From contig OZ244048.1 of the NCBI GenBank assembly GCA_965215265.1, forward strand, positions 4,096,001 to 4,160,000: a stretch of DNA of 64,000 nucleotides, in the 5' to 3' direction. Source of the stretch: Candidatus Poribacteria bacterium (lineage in GTDB: Bacteria; Poribacteria; WGA-4E; WGA-3G). A program made the position numbers and the translations under genes. The notes below the pieces were generated by a model. The model saw only the letters and a list, made by a program, of their open reading frames with translations. It was not told where the DNA came from and did not search any database. Positions 9,382-19,553 of this stretch are shown piece by piece (within the stretch, counting starts at the first letter, position 1; every line of letters begins with the position of its first letter).

Positions 9382-11310
9382 ATGAAAGGAAAATTTGCTT
9401 TTCCATTATTAAGTATTTTAGGGTTGTTATTCATTGCTGTGCTCTGCATGCCGTCCCACGTACAGGCAGCAGCAGCAGATCAGGATTCAGTGACAATAGC
9501 AGCAGATGGATTTGAGATACTTAGTACCCCCACGAGCACCGCGGGGCCTTCTGTTTATGCTGACCTTCTCCAACAGGCTTTTGAAGCAGGTTGGGAGGCA
9601 GAGAAGGTAGGAGCAACAGGTAGTTTCGCAGATGCTGAGACCAGAATGGCGGCACAGGCCACATTGGCAAGTCTTGTAAATGCGGACGGTTATACTACTG
9701 CTGACGAGGTAGCGTGGGATGAAACTAACACTAGAAAGGCTCGACACTACGCGGTAGGTGATACGATTAAAATTCGCGTGAAGTTTACCCTTGGAGTGGT
9801 AATCCATCAGGATGTGAAATTACGGATAGATCTACACGAGCCCGTATACATGGACATAGACACGACGGTGCATACACAAACGGTCGAACGTCCTACTGGT
9901 GCTGGAGTGGGAAATGGTAGATTTGCTGGAACGGTATACAGACAGGGCCTCAATAACAGTAACCAAGTTTCTCCTGCAGTTGCAGATCAGAAGACTGATG
10001 ACGTTTATGTCACCTTTGCATACACGGTACAAGAGGGTGACTTCACTTCAGAAGGTATAAGAATGATTAAGTGGGTTGACCCCTTTTATCGTGACCTGGA
10101 TGCTGCCGGTAGTCCTGGTCACGGTACTCACGAAGCCAACGAGCGGTTAACTCAATTTACCAAACTTACAAACACGCCAACAGAGAAGGCGCGGGCCATT
10201 ATTCCGCTAAAGAATTCTTGGGGTAACTTTCGGCAACTGGTACATAACAGTATACTAGTAGTGGGCGGGACCGGCTCCGGTGATGCCTGGGAAGGTGCTT
10301 TCGTGATACCTGCCGATGTCACCACTACCCGTGATGACTATGCTTCTACTGAGGCATTTCCATTTGCCTACCTTGGTCAATTGCTGGCACATCGTCGCCT
10401 TCGTCAAGGCGGGACGAATGTTTATCTTCATTCAGTAGATACGTTTAGGGCCGACACGATCGTCGCCCAAATCGTTGAGGGCATCGGTGCAAGATTCGCA
10501 CCGCTCAATGAAGGGGATCCCACAATTATTGATGAAATAGTGGAGCAAACCGAGGCGTTTGATATAGAAATCAAGTTCGCTAATCATTATGAGGACATCT
10601 ATGCGGAACAACCGGCCAGCAATACCTTTGGTGCGGCTGAGATTCTTCTCAGCGGTGACGACGTGGAGCGTGCTGATTGGACGATCACCGATGCGGCATT
10701 TTATGGCTTGGATGCTGTTGACCCCGGTAGTTATGACTCTACTAATTCAGCGATTACCCGGGCTCATGATGCTTTTGCCGGTGAGATAAAAGCCAGTGCG
10801 TCCTATGCAGTCTATCGTGCGACGATTACCCCGCCTGATGATTTTGATGGGGATGTAAGGATATCGATTGCTGAAGGCGCTATTACAGATCTTGCCGGTA
10901 ACACGAGCAAGGCCTCGAGTACGCTGACGGTGCCTGTAAATACAATCACCGATGTGACCATTCCTGATGAGACGCTCCTTGCGAAAATCAAGGAGAAACT
11001 CGGCATCACCGCGGGGACGGTTGTCCCCCAGGCAGATATGCTCCGCTTAACAAGCCTAGATTTAAGTGGCCTAGACGTTAGCGATCTGACCGGACTTGAA
11101 TTCGCAACCAACTTGGAAGAGTTGGATCTCAGTGATACGCAAGTAAAGGATATTTCAGCGCTGTCAACCCTCACCAGCTTGCTAGAGCTGTCTCTCTCGG
11201 GTACGCCAGTGTCGGATATCTCGGATCTGTCAGGCCTCACCAACTTGAAAGTGCTGGATCTTAGTGATACGGAAGTGTCGGATATTTCAGCGCTGTCATC
11301 AACAAATTAA
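9382..11310 (+). CDS. Secreted surface protein with Ig-like region and internalin-type leucine-rich repeats
   Basis: AAGGAG RBS, signal peptide, FAYTVQEGD and ITDLAGN Ig-like motifs, LRR cap (IPDETL...), repeats LxxLDLSxTxVSDISAL. Confidence 0.8.
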   Translation: MKGKFAFPLLSILGLLFIAVLCMPSHVQAAAADQDSVTIAADGFEILSTPTSTAGPSVYADLLQQAFEAGWEAEKVGATGSFADAETRMAAQATLASLVNADGYTTADEVAWDETNTRKARHYAVGDTIKIRVKFTLGVVIHQDVKLRIDLHEPVYMDIDTTVHTQTVERPTGAGVGNGRFAGTVYRQGLNNSNQVSPAVADQKTDDVYVTFAYTVQEGDFTSEGIRMIKWVDPFYRDLDAAGSPGHGTHEANERLTQFTKLTNTPTEKARAIIPLKNSWGNFRQLVHNSILVVGGTGSGDAWEGAFVIPADVTTTRDDYASTEAFPFAYLGQLLAHRRLRQGGTNVYLHSVDTFRADTIVAQIVEGIGARFAPLNEGDPTIIDEIVEQTEAFDIEIKFANHYEDIYAEQPASNTFGAAEILLSGDDVERADWTITDAAFYGLDAVDPGSYDSTNSAITRAHDAFAGEIKASASYAVYRATITPPDDFDGDVRISIAEGAITDLAGNTSKASSTLTVPVNTITDVTIPDETLLAKIKEKLGITAGTVVPQADMLRLTSLDLSGLDVSDLTGLEFATNLEELDLSDTQVKDISALSTLTSLLELSLSGTPVSDISDLSGLTNLKVLDLSDTEVSDISALSSTN

Positions 11311-11330
11311 CTAAACTTGGAGGTAAAGTA

Positions 11331-14039
11331 ATGTATTCGAAAGCATTAGGAAAAAAAATGCCGTTGTGCATTGTTGTATTATTAGCAGGTCTTGTAATAG
11401 CGTTGCCTTTCGCAGCGCATTCAGCCCTCGAGAGCTTGGAAGAGCTGGATCTCTCTGGAACGGAAGTAGAGGATGTCTCGTCCCTGGCAACTCTCACCAC
11501 CTTGAAAAAGTTGGATATCAGTAATACGCCAGTAGAGGATATCTCTGCGTTGTCAAGCCTCACGAACTTGGAAGAGTTGGATCTCCGGGGAACGCAAGTA
11601 TCGGATATCCCCGATGAGTTGTCAGCGTTAGACGACTTGACGATATTTCGCCCTGACGCGAAATTGGACTACTTCAAGCTTTCAGCGTTGGCAGCGGGCG
11701 GTTTTGAGGTATTGACCCAAGAGGGAAGCTCATCCACGACGCATGGTATCTCCAGTGCCGTTGCACCTGTAGAAACCCTGACTCGTAACTTGAGCGAATT
11801 TTTCCGCAATGGTGGGACGATAGAATTGATAGCGCCGAAGCTAACCACCGGCGGTGCCGTGAAAGGTGATGTAGTCATAAGTGAAGTGTTGTGGGGCGAA
11901 GATGCGAGTCAAACGCCGTCGTCGTCTGGCCAGTGGCTAGAGCTGTATGCAGTAAAAGCGGTTGCCGCCACTGCCGTAGCGGACGATTGGGCGTTGTATT
12001 TTACGACAGGCGACCTGGTGAATCGTGCGGAAGTGACAATAGGAGAGACTCCGTATCTGGTGATAGATAGCATAAGCAATCTAGGGCTGGGCTACTGGGA
12101 GGTGCCCGGTGGAGGTGGGCGCACCGTGGCAACTAATGAAGCCGCGTCTGCGTCTCTGGTTTCGATGTATAGGAGCATAGATTTTGAGAAGGATCCAGAT
12201 GAAGTCAAAGACGGTAACCGTTCCGATAACTGGCAAGCGTCCTCTGCGCCGAGCATAAACCTCGGTGGGCAGCGTATCGGCACCCCTGGTTCGACCCCGT
12301 CTCAGCGTATCGCCGCCGGAGACCGGACGAGTTTCGAAGGTCGAAAGATTGTCATCAACGAAGTAGGGAATCACACGGATGACAGCTTAGATTGGGTAGA
12401 GCTGCGAAACGACACGGATGCCGCCGTCAGTATCAAAGAGTGGGAGTTCACGCTTGTGACAGGCGATGCGGATGAGCGCACCGAGAAGGTGATTGTGACG
12501 CTGCCTGATAAGAGTATTGCCGGCGGGGGTGTGTTGCTAGTTGCGAACAGCAATCCCGAAGGAAACTTGCTCGCTGGTGGGAACAATCTGGGTGTGGACG
12601 ATGTGGATGAGGTGCAGCATGGTGCGACGCACCAATACGTAGTTGTATCCGGGCTCAACCTTCCTGCCGACGGTAAGTTCTTGTTGCTGCTGCGGAATGG
12701 GAAAGATAAAGAGAATAAGCCGAGTCACATAGAAGATGCGGCAGGTGCTGTTTTCGTTCCGTTTGTAGGGACGCATGAGAAGGAGAACTACAATACGGAG
12801 GTTTGGCCACTGCAGGCGACACCGAAGGGACACAGCAACATCTTTAAGGATATAGATGAGGCGTTCAAGGAAGGCTCCGTCTATCAGCGCGACAATGAGA
12901 ACAACTTCGCGGAAAAAGCGTGGAGTAAACGCGGGTTCACCGGCATAGGCTGGGATCGCGATACCCCGAACGCTGACGCGTATGGCGGTACCCCCGGGTA
13001 TCAGAACGGTGTAGTGAAAGATAAATCCGCCGCGGGCCAAGTCTCTATCAGTGAGATTATGTTCGACACAGACAACCGGCTGCCGCAGTGGATAGAGCTG
13101 CACAATAGTTCTCTAACCGAAGCGGTGAATCTGAACGACTGGACGCTCCGCATCCAACAAGATGCCACCACCGACACCGCCGTGCGTCCAGATGTGACGC
13201 TCAAATTCGTAGGCGGTAAGATAATCCCCCCGAACCAGACGCTGCTCATCGTGACAGACACCGGGCGCACCTCTGGCCACTTCCCTGATGCACGTGTCAT
13301 CAACCTGCGGCGCGAGAGTGCTTATCGCGATAAACTGGACTTGGAACGGCGTTCGCCGGTGCTAGCCACCACCGCCTTCAAGTTGACGTTATATGGTAAA
13401 GAAGCCTCTGGTGTCAAGCCCGTGGTGGATACGGTTGGCAACTATGTCGGGCGAGGGGAAGAACCTGCCTGGGAGCTGCCAATGCTTGAAGACGGGCGCA
13501 GCTCCATCATCCGCCGCTACGGTAGCGCTAGCCGTGCCACCGGCGCGGTTGCCGAAGACGGCACCACCGAAGCGGGTTGGGTGCTAGCCTCCAACACCTC
13601 TTTGAACGAGGCGCAGCGCGACACCTTCTACGGCAATGCCGAGGATGAAGGCACTCCCGGCTATCGGGGCGGCGGCCCGCTGCCCGTGGCGCTCTCTGCC
13701 TTCACCGCGAAACGCGTAGAAGGCGCTATCGTCATCAGTTGGGCAACCGAATCCGAGTTGAACAACGCAGGATTCAACCTGCTGCGGAGCGATGCGCGCA
13801 ACGGCACGTTCACAAAGATAAACTCCGAGTTGATTGCAGGGGCCGGCACCACAGGCGAACGCAACGACTATAGTTGGACGGATACGTCTGCCAAACCGAA
13901 TGTGGTGTATTACTACCGCATTGAAGATGTCTCCAACGCAGGTGTGCAGCAGACGCTGCAGACAACCCGCTTGAAAGGGCATCTGAGTGCAGATGGGAAA
14001 CTCACAGAACGCTGGGCAACGCTCAAATCGGAAGAATAA
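11331..14039 (+). CDS. Secreted LRR + lamin-tail-domain protein with C-terminal Ig-like domain and KLTERWATLK tail
   Basis: GGAGG RBS, signal peptide, LRRs, three lamin-tail starts (VVISEV..QWLELY; IVINEV..DWVELRN; VSISEIM..QWIELHN), PLPVALSAF...ESELNNAGFN domain. Confidence 0.85.
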   Translation: MYSKALGKKMPLCIVVLLAGLVIALPFAAHSALESLEELDLSGTEVEDVSSLATLTTLKKLDISNTPVEDISALSSLTNLEELDLRGTQVSDIPDELSALDDLTIFRPDAKLDYFKLSALAAGGFEVLTQEGSSSTTHGISSAVAPVETLTRNLSEFFRNGGTIELIAPKLTTGGAVKGDVVISEVLWGEDASQTPSSSGQWLELYAVKAVAATAVADDWALYFTTGDLVNRAEVTIGETPYLVIDSISNLGLGYWEVPGGGGRTVATNEAASASLVSMYRSIDFEKDPDEVKDGNRSDNWQASSAPSINLGGQRIGTPGSTPSQRIAAGDRTSFEGRKIVINEVGNHTDDSLDWVELRNDTDAAVSIKEWEFTLVTGDADERTEKVIVTLPDKSIAGGGVLLVANSNPEGNLLAGGNNLGVDDVDEVQHGATHQYVVVSGLNLPADGKFLLLLRNGKDKENKPSHIEDAAGAVFVPFVGTHEKENYNTEVWPLQATPKGHSNIFKDIDEAFKEGSVYQRDNENNFAEKAWSKRGFTGIGWDRDTPNADAYGGTPGYQNGVVKDKSAAGQVSISEIMFDTDNRLPQWIELHNSSLTEAVNLNDWTLRIQQDATTDTAVRPDVTLKFVGGKIIPPNQTLLIVTDTGRTSGHFPDARVINLRRESAYRDKLDLERRSPVLATTAFKLTLYGKEASGVKPVVDTVGNYVGRGEEPAWELPMLEDGRSSIIRRYGSASRATGAVAEDGTTEAGWVLASNTSLNEAQRDTFYGNAEDEGTPGYRGGGPLPVALSAFTAKRVEGAIVISWATESELNNAGFNLLRSDARNGTFTKINSELIAGAGTTGERNDYSWTDTSAKPNVVYYYRIEDVSNAGVQQTLQTTRLKGHLSADGKLTERWATLKSEE

Positions 14040-14074
14040 ACGCTGTGAATGCTAAACTCACCTAACCCAAACCA

Positions 14075-14113
14075 GGGGCAGCCACCCTCACAAGTGGTTG
14101 CCCCTATTTTTTT
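14075..14113 (+). terminator. Probable intrinsic terminator
   Basis: GGGGCAGCCAC...GTGGTTGCCCC followed by a T-run. Confidence 0.6.
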
Positions 14114-14233
14114 GCTTTGGATAGAGAGAAGCACCGAGGCCACCTTGAGAAGCCAAATCTGGAGACGGCCTTGACAAAAAAGCAGAAAGGCTGCTATACT
14201 TTATTATGAGAAGTGGAGCGTCTAAGCAGATAG

Positions 14234-15463
14234 ATGAGGCAAACGACAGTGCCGGAGACATCCAAACAAACACCAAGCAAACGGAAACTCTGGGACCCTT
14301 TCTTCAAAGAGTTCCTCGCCCTACCCTTCTCTGGGCTGGGTGCCTCTATCCAGACAGAGATAGAAGTCAACCGGTTGCCGCAGCGTATAGATGCACTCGC
14401 TCTCCTCGAAAGCGCCGCAGCCCGCGCGAGAGTGCGTGCCAATCCGCTGCTCTCTTACTTACGCACGCATAATCTGTTTGAATTCAAAGGACAAAACGAC
14501 CCGTTGAATGAATCGGCGTATCACCGGATTTGTATGCGTGCGCGTGGTTATCTGGCAGATAAGCAGGTGCCTGCAACCGAGTTAACCCTGACGATAGTAT
14601 CGTCTCGGAAGCCGCGGGCGCTGCTCTCCCGCCCACCTTTTGGGGAGCCGTGGGAGCCGTTGGCGGCGGGGCATTATCGGTTGATGGATGGCGTGCCGGT
14701 GCATCTGTTGGTTTGCAATGAAGTGGCACTGGTTGAGCCGAATTATTGGTTGCTGCTGTTTGCGTCGGCGCAGAAACAGTTTCGTGCGTTCCTGCGGCGG
14801 GTGATAACAGAAGAGAATACGTTATATTTTGACTCCGCGTTGTATTTGCAGCCGGAAGTCACGGAGGAGGTTTGTGAAATGGAAGGCCGTCAAGATTTCT
14901 TTCAGAGTCGTCTTCGCGAAGTTGCGACGACTTTAGGTCCGAAGCTGCTGTCGGCGCTGACATCGGAGGAGCGTGCGGACATGCTCGCCCGCTTGAGTCC
15001 TCAAGACCGGGCGGATCTGCTCGCACGGCTGCCCGCTGAAGCCCGCGCGGACATGTTAGCAAGGTTATCTGCGGCAGACCGGGCCGATATGTTGGCGAGT
15101 TTACCCGCCGCAGAACGTGCGGACATGTTAGCAAGGTTATCTGCGGCAGACCGGGCCGATATGTTGGCGAGTTTACCCGCCGCAGAACGTGCGGACATGT
15201 TAGCAAGGTTATCTGCGGCAGACCGGGCCGATATGTTAGCGAGTCTACCCGCCGCAGAACGGGCCGATATGTTGGCACGCCTGAGTCCCGATGAACGTGT
15301 CAAAGGACTCAGCCCCGAGGAGCGCGTCGAAGGACTCAGTCCCGAGGAGCGCGTCAAGGCATTTCAGAGTTTGTCGCCGGCGGAGATTCAGAATTTATCT
15401 GCGGAGGTGCGCGCGGAACTCGTGCGGCAGCTGGAGGCAGCTGACAACCACACCGACACTTAA
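14234..15463 (+). CDS. Rpn-like PD-(D/E)XK nuclease paralog B with 12/24-aa C-terminal repeats
   Basis: WDPFFKE...RIDALAL...HNLFEFKG. Internal GGAGGAGG-N8-ATG at 14879. Tail shared with copies A1/A2. Confidence 0.8.
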   Translation: MRQTTVPETSKQTPSKRKLWDPFFKEFLALPFSGLGASIQTEIEVNRLPQRIDALALLESAAARARVRANPLLSYLRTHNLFEFKGQNDPLNESAYHRICMRARGYLADKQVPATELTLTIVSSRKPRALLSRPPFGEPWEPLAAGHYRLMDGVPVHLLVCNEVALVEPNYWLLLFASAQKQFRAFLRRVITEENTLYFDSALYLQPEVTEEVCEMEGRQDFFQSRLREVATTLGPKLLSALTSEERADMLARLSPQDRADLLARLPAEARADMLARLSAADRADMLASLPAAERADMLARLSAADRADMLASLPAAERADMLARLSAADRADMLASLPAAERADMLARLSPDERVKGLSPEERVEGLSPEERVKAFQSLSPAEIQNLSAEVRAELVRQLEAADNHTDT

Positions 15464-15469
15464 GCGAAA

Positions 15470-15561
15470 CCGCCCGGGCGAAACTGCGTACAAACCGGCT
15501 GCTCTCTTATCGAATTCAAGAGGAAAAACGATGTTTTGAATGAATCGGCCTATCATCGGTA
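15470..15561 (+). pseudogene. Remnant of another Rpn-like nuclease N-domain
   Basis: Reads ARAKLRTNRLLSY / EFKRKNDVLNESAYHR, matching ARARVRANPLLSY...EFKGQNDPLNESAYHR of 14234-15463 with a deletion. Confidence 0.65.
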
Positions 15562-15588
15562 TCACCACTCCTGATTCGGAGCTGCGTA

Positions 15589-17484
15589 TTAAGAGAGAAT
15601 ATACTTGACTTTCTGCACAATTGCATTTGCACTAATGCCGTGGTGTTCCAAGAGCTCCTCAGGTTGGCCGGAGCGCGGGATTGCTTTAACAGCTAGTTTG
15701 TGTACGCGAACCGCTTCGGTGGCCAATGCATCTAAAACTGCGTCGCCTAAGCCGCCTTCCGGATAGTGGTCCTCCACGGTAATTACGGTATTGTTTGTTG
15801 CTGCAGCGGCCTGTCGGAGTGCTTCCGTGTCAATCGGTTTGATGGAGTAGAGATCTAAGACGCGGGTAGCGATGCCTTGCGCGTGAAGCAGTTCGTGTGC
15901 CTTCAGTGCCTCGTGAAGTGTCACGCCTGCTGCGACGACCGTCACGCTGTCATTGTTGCTTTTTCGAACGACCTTACTACCGCCGATCGGAAAAGCATCG
16001 TGGCTGTTGTAGAGGATGGCGGTTTTGGGACGCGAGGTTCGGATGTAAACGATGCCTTCATGTGCCGCAGCTTGAGCGACGAGCCGCTCGGCTGATACAG
16101 CGTCGCTCGGGTAAAGTACGACGGCATTCGGGATTGCCCGGAACATGGCGATGTCCTCTAATCCCATCTGCGAGGGCCCATCTTCGCCGATTGAGACACC
16201 GCAGTGGGATCCTGCATATTTAATATTGGCGTTCGAGATTGCAGACATCCGGATCTGGTCGTAGGCACGAGATAAGAACGCCGCGAACGTTGACACAAAC
16301 GGGATTTTTCCGCGCTTTGCTAAACCGATGCCTGCTCCTACCAAGTTTTGCTCTGCTATGAACATCTCAAAATATCGAGTCGGATGTAATGCCATAAATT
16401 GTTCTGCGTAGGTAGAGTTTTTGGTATCTCCATCTAACGCGACAACATCTGGATGGGCTGTCCCGAGCTTAGCGAGTCCTGCCCCGTATCCGCTGCGTGT
16501 GGCGACTTCTTCGTCCGGTTGATAGGCTGGTGCCTGGCAGTTGAGCGGTTGAAAACTATTGGCTTGAGCGGTATTCTCTAGACGGGGTGCTTCAATCTCC
16601 GGAGTGCCGTGTGAGTGTAAGGGACCGAGTTCTGCCAATGCCTTATCAAGTTGTTCGCCTTTCGCGAGTGCTTTTCCGTGCCAGTTCTCTGCATTTTCAA
16701 GTGATGAGATGCCCTTACCTTTAAACGTCTTTGCAACTATCATCGTCGGCTTATCCGTTGCCGTTTTCGCTTCTGTGAGTGCGTTCAAGATATCATCGAA
16801 ATCGTGTCCGTCAATGCCGATAGCGTTCCATCCGAACGTTTCAAAGCGGCGGCAGTATGTCTCGATATCAAAGGCGTACATGGTGTGCTGGCTCTGTCCG
16901 AGTGCATTGACATCGATGATACCAATTAGGTTATTGAGCTGGTAATGCGCTGCTAGGGCTGCGGCTTCCCAGACACTCCCTTCAGCGGTTTCGCCATCCC
17001 CCAATAGTACATAAACGCGGTAATCGGAATTGTCAAGGTATTTGGCGTTGAGTGCCATTCCAAGCCCGAGGGATAGGCCTTGGCCTAAGGAGCCTGTCGC
17101 GACTTCTGTCCATTCAAAACGGGGTGTCGGGTGTCCCTCAAGGGGGCTGTCTATTTTGCGTAATGTGGACAAATCCTCAATAGGGATGATACCTGCTTCG
17201 GCGTAGGCGGCGTAAAGCAACGGTGCGGCGTGCCCCTTTGATAAGATGAATCGATCGTTGTTCGGATTTTGTGCGTCTGCCACATCGTAGCGCATCACGT
17301 GAAAAAAGAGCACGGAAACAATATCAGCAGCAGAGAGACATGTTGTCGGGTGCCCAGAACCTGCCTCTGAGGTGGCGACAATGGAATGTATACGTAGGTT
17401 ATTGGCTTTCTGTTTTAGAAAGCGTTTGAGGTTTTCCACCAATTTTTTTTCCTCTTTTTTTCGGTTCGTGCCCGCAATCCACAA
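15589..17484 (-). CDS. tkt: Transketolase (true start probably ~17440)
   Basis: SGHPTTCLS, DRFILSKGHAAP, LEGHPTP, TGSLGQG, GDGETAEG, IAEQN, GEDGPSQ. Confidence 0.95.
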   Translation of the reverse strand: MWIAGTNRKKEEKKLVENLKRFLKQKANNLRIHSIVATSEAGSGHPTTCLSAADIVSVLFFHVMRYDVADAQNPNNDRFILSKGHAAPLLYAAYAEAGIIPIEDLSTLRKIDSPLEGHPTPRFEWTEVATGSLGQGLSLGLGMALNAKYLDNSDYRVYVLLGDGETAEGSVWEAAALAAHYQLNNLIGIIDVNALGQSQHTMYAFDIETYCRRFETFGWNAIGIDGHDFDDILNALTEAKTATDKPTMIVAKTFKGKGISSLENAENWHGKALAKGEQLDKALAELGPLHSHGTPEIEAPRLENTAQANSFQPLNCQAPAYQPDEEVATRSGYGAGLAKLGTAHPDVVALDGDTKNSTYAEQFMALHPTRYFEMFIAEQNLVGAGIGLAKRGKIPFVSTFAAFLSRAYDQIRMSAISNANIKYAGSHCGVSIGEDGPSQMGLEDIAMFRAIPNAVVLYPSDAVSAERLVAQAAAHEGIVYIRTSRPKTAILYNSHDAFPIGGSKVVRKSNNDSVTVVAAGVTLHEALKAHELLHAQGIATRVLDLYSIKPIDTEALRQAAAATNNTVITVEDHYPEGGLGDAVLDALATEAVRVHKLAVKAIPRSGQPEELLEHHGISANAIVQKVKYILS

Positions 17485-17527
17485 AGGGTAGCACTTCTAG
17501 CCTCTGCAGAGAAGCGAGAGTTCTGTC

Positions 17528-18139
17528 CTATGATTCCCTTGCTTTTAAATGTTCGACTCGGCGTTCTGCTGCGACGACGAGATAATGTTCGTTGTAGCCT
17601 TTTGTGAACAGTTCAATGAGGGATTCAAGCACCTTAATGGCTGCTGGCAGGTCTTCGGTTTTGACATAGGATTCTGCCTGCCAGTACATCGATTTTGCGA
17701 TGAGCTCGTTTGGTACTGCTTCGTTGTTCTGCTTTTCGTTTTCTATGGCTGTCTGAAATTTTTCAATTGCCAAGGTGTAATTTTTGTCTATGTAGTATGC
17801 ATCTACGGCATTAGCATAGGCAGCGTTATCCTTTTCCCTGGGTGTGAACGGTTCAATATCAGTAAGTGGCTGTTCATCTGGTGGGGGGCTGCCAAATTGC
17901 TCTTCATCTAAGTCATCCAGTTCATCTTGTTCCTCGTCCTCGTCGTCTTCGTGCAAATCGTCTGATTCGTAGTTATCAGCGTTATAAGTCGCATCTGTTC
18001 CGAGCGATTCTGAGGTGTCAGAATCATCCTCGCTGATTTCTTCTATTTCGTTAAGTTTGCTGATTTCTTCTATTTGGTTAAGTTCGTCGTCCTGATCCAC
18101 GTTTACGTCCTTTAATATTTCGCCAAGTTTTAGCACCAT
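17528..18139 (-). CDS. Acidic protein with C-terminal tetratricopeptide repeats
   Basis: AAGGAG RBS before MVLKLGE. D/E-rich N-half. YTLAIEKFQ and SMYWQAESY TPR-like helices. Confidence 0.65.
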   Translation of the reverse strand: MVLKLGEILKDVNVDQDDELNQIEEISKLNEIEEISEDDSDTSESLGTDATYNADNYESDDLHEDDEDEEQDELDDLDEEQFGSPPPDEQPLTDIEPFTPREKDNAAYANAVDAYYIDKNYTLAIEKFQTAIENEKQNNEAVPNELIAKSMYWQAESYVKTEDLPAAIKVLESLIELFTKGYNEHYLVVAAERRVEHLKARES

Positions 18140-18273
18140 TTTTTCTCCTTTTCTCTGTAGGTACCGGAAACAGTTGCCCTTGTCGGGCAATCGCTGTTTC
18201 CGGAGATGCAATTATCAATTACCAATTACCAATTATCTATAACTCAATTGGCAATATTTGTATAACACGCGGC

Positions 18274-19080
18274 TTAGTATTTGACTTTAACGTCAGCCCA
18301 TGTGGTTGTCATTTTATCAGCGGGATCGACAGCGAGGACAGCAAAATAGAGTCCCTCGTCTGCGAGTTTCTGGATATCCGCTTCCTCGAGTGCTACGTTG
18401 AAAATTGCGACTTCGTCAATGATGGCTTCTCCGTATCGGGTGCCGCCGCAGCAATCATCGAAGCCGATATTTACTGGGCCGTTATCCAAATCGAGTGGGT
18501 TCTTCGCGATATCCATAGCGCTTGCTTCTTTTCCATCAATATAGATGTACCACTCACCGGTTTTGCTGTTGAAAGTGGTGGTGTACATGTGCCATTCGGT
18601 AATATCTTTGGGTCCGATTTCGCCGTCGCGCCAGCCGCCGGGTTTATTCCAACAGCCACCGTTGCAAATCGGCCAGGAAACGTTTACGGTGCCTTCGTTC
18701 GGATGAATGATATAGGCGTTCCGTTTCTCAACCATCCAGCCGTGCTGATTCCAAACTTTCCCGATGCTTTTGACCCAGATAGAGACGGTGATCGCCTCGG
18801 TTGGGTTTTCGTGCGCCGGAATCTGAACGTAAGCCCCTTGTCCATCAAGTTCAAGTCCCTCCCCGAATTTGCCTTGAACCCATTTAGGTTTCCCTTTGAA
18901 TTCGCCATCTAGTCCATTTTCGGAAGCATCGGTGGCAACGTTCCCTTTGCCTTCATCAAAAAGCCATAACCCGACGACGGTATCGGGATCGATTTCGGCG
19001 TTGGCATTCAGAACAAATCCGCCACTGGCAAAAAGGATACAGAGACAGGTGATGACGGTACTTTTAACGCTTAAGTTCAT
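18274..19080 (-). CDS. Secreted LamG (concanavalin A-like) domain protein with KMTTTWADVK tail
   Basis: Signal peptide, GLWLFDEGKG, GKFGEGLELDG, WHMYTTTF, IIDEVAIFNVAL. Confidence 0.88.
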   Translation of the reverse strand: MNLSVKSTVITCLCILFASGGFVLNANAEIDPDTVVGLWLFDEGKGNVATDASENGLDGEFKGKPKWVQGKFGEGLELDGQGAYVQIPAHENPTEAITVSIWVKSIGKVWNQHGWMVEKRNAYIIHPNEGTVNVSWPICNGGCWNKPGGWRDGEIGPKDITEWHMYTTTFNSKTGEWYIYIDGKEASAMDIAKNPLDLDNGPVNIGFDDCCGGTRYGEAIIDEVAIFNVALEEADIQKLADEGLYFAVLAVDPADKMTTTWADVKVKY

Positions 19081-19374
19081 AAGTTTCCCTCCTGTTTAGG
19101 ATGCAAAATTACGGGTTGTTACTACCGCCCGTGCGATGCGGCAGCGGCGTAACTCCTTCAATAGAACGTTATACACTTCTATAATAGCAGATTTGCCCGG
19201 ATATGTCAAGAAAAAATTGCAGCTGTCACTTACCCCCATTTTTTCAAGGTTTGTCGTGAAAGGTTTTTGTTTGGAAAAGCGTGAAAAAAGCAGTCAGTTT
19301 ATGATAAAATACCTCTTTTCGTCTCTTTCAGCCCATCAACGGCTGATGTTGTGTCAACAACTGTATAAATCTCG

Positions 19375-19549
19375 TTTTTTCGTCTCTTTCAGCCCAACAA
19401 CTCTTCATGTTTTGAAAACCTAAGCACAAATCCCACCAGAGGGTTCTGATGCTATGAATCTAAACAGAGAGAGGATTTGGGTGGGCGGGCGACGAGATTT
19501 ACACACGAGGACTCACGACATAAGCGTTGACGGTACGGAGAGATACGAA
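19375..19549 (+). repeat. Dispersed intergenic repeat family (core CGACGAGATTTACACACGAG...GTACGGAGAKATAC)
   Basis: Long copy also at 26526-26711. Shorter copies at 23696-23779, 29600-29755 (inverted), 42915-43053, 53453-53482 (partial) and 57396-57460. Confidence 0.85.
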
Positions 19550-19553
19550 CTGT

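Noticed and set aside
18209-18236. (CAATTAY)4 heptamer repeat
   Set aside because: Short intergenic tandem repeat with no evident effect on a reading frame or promoter.
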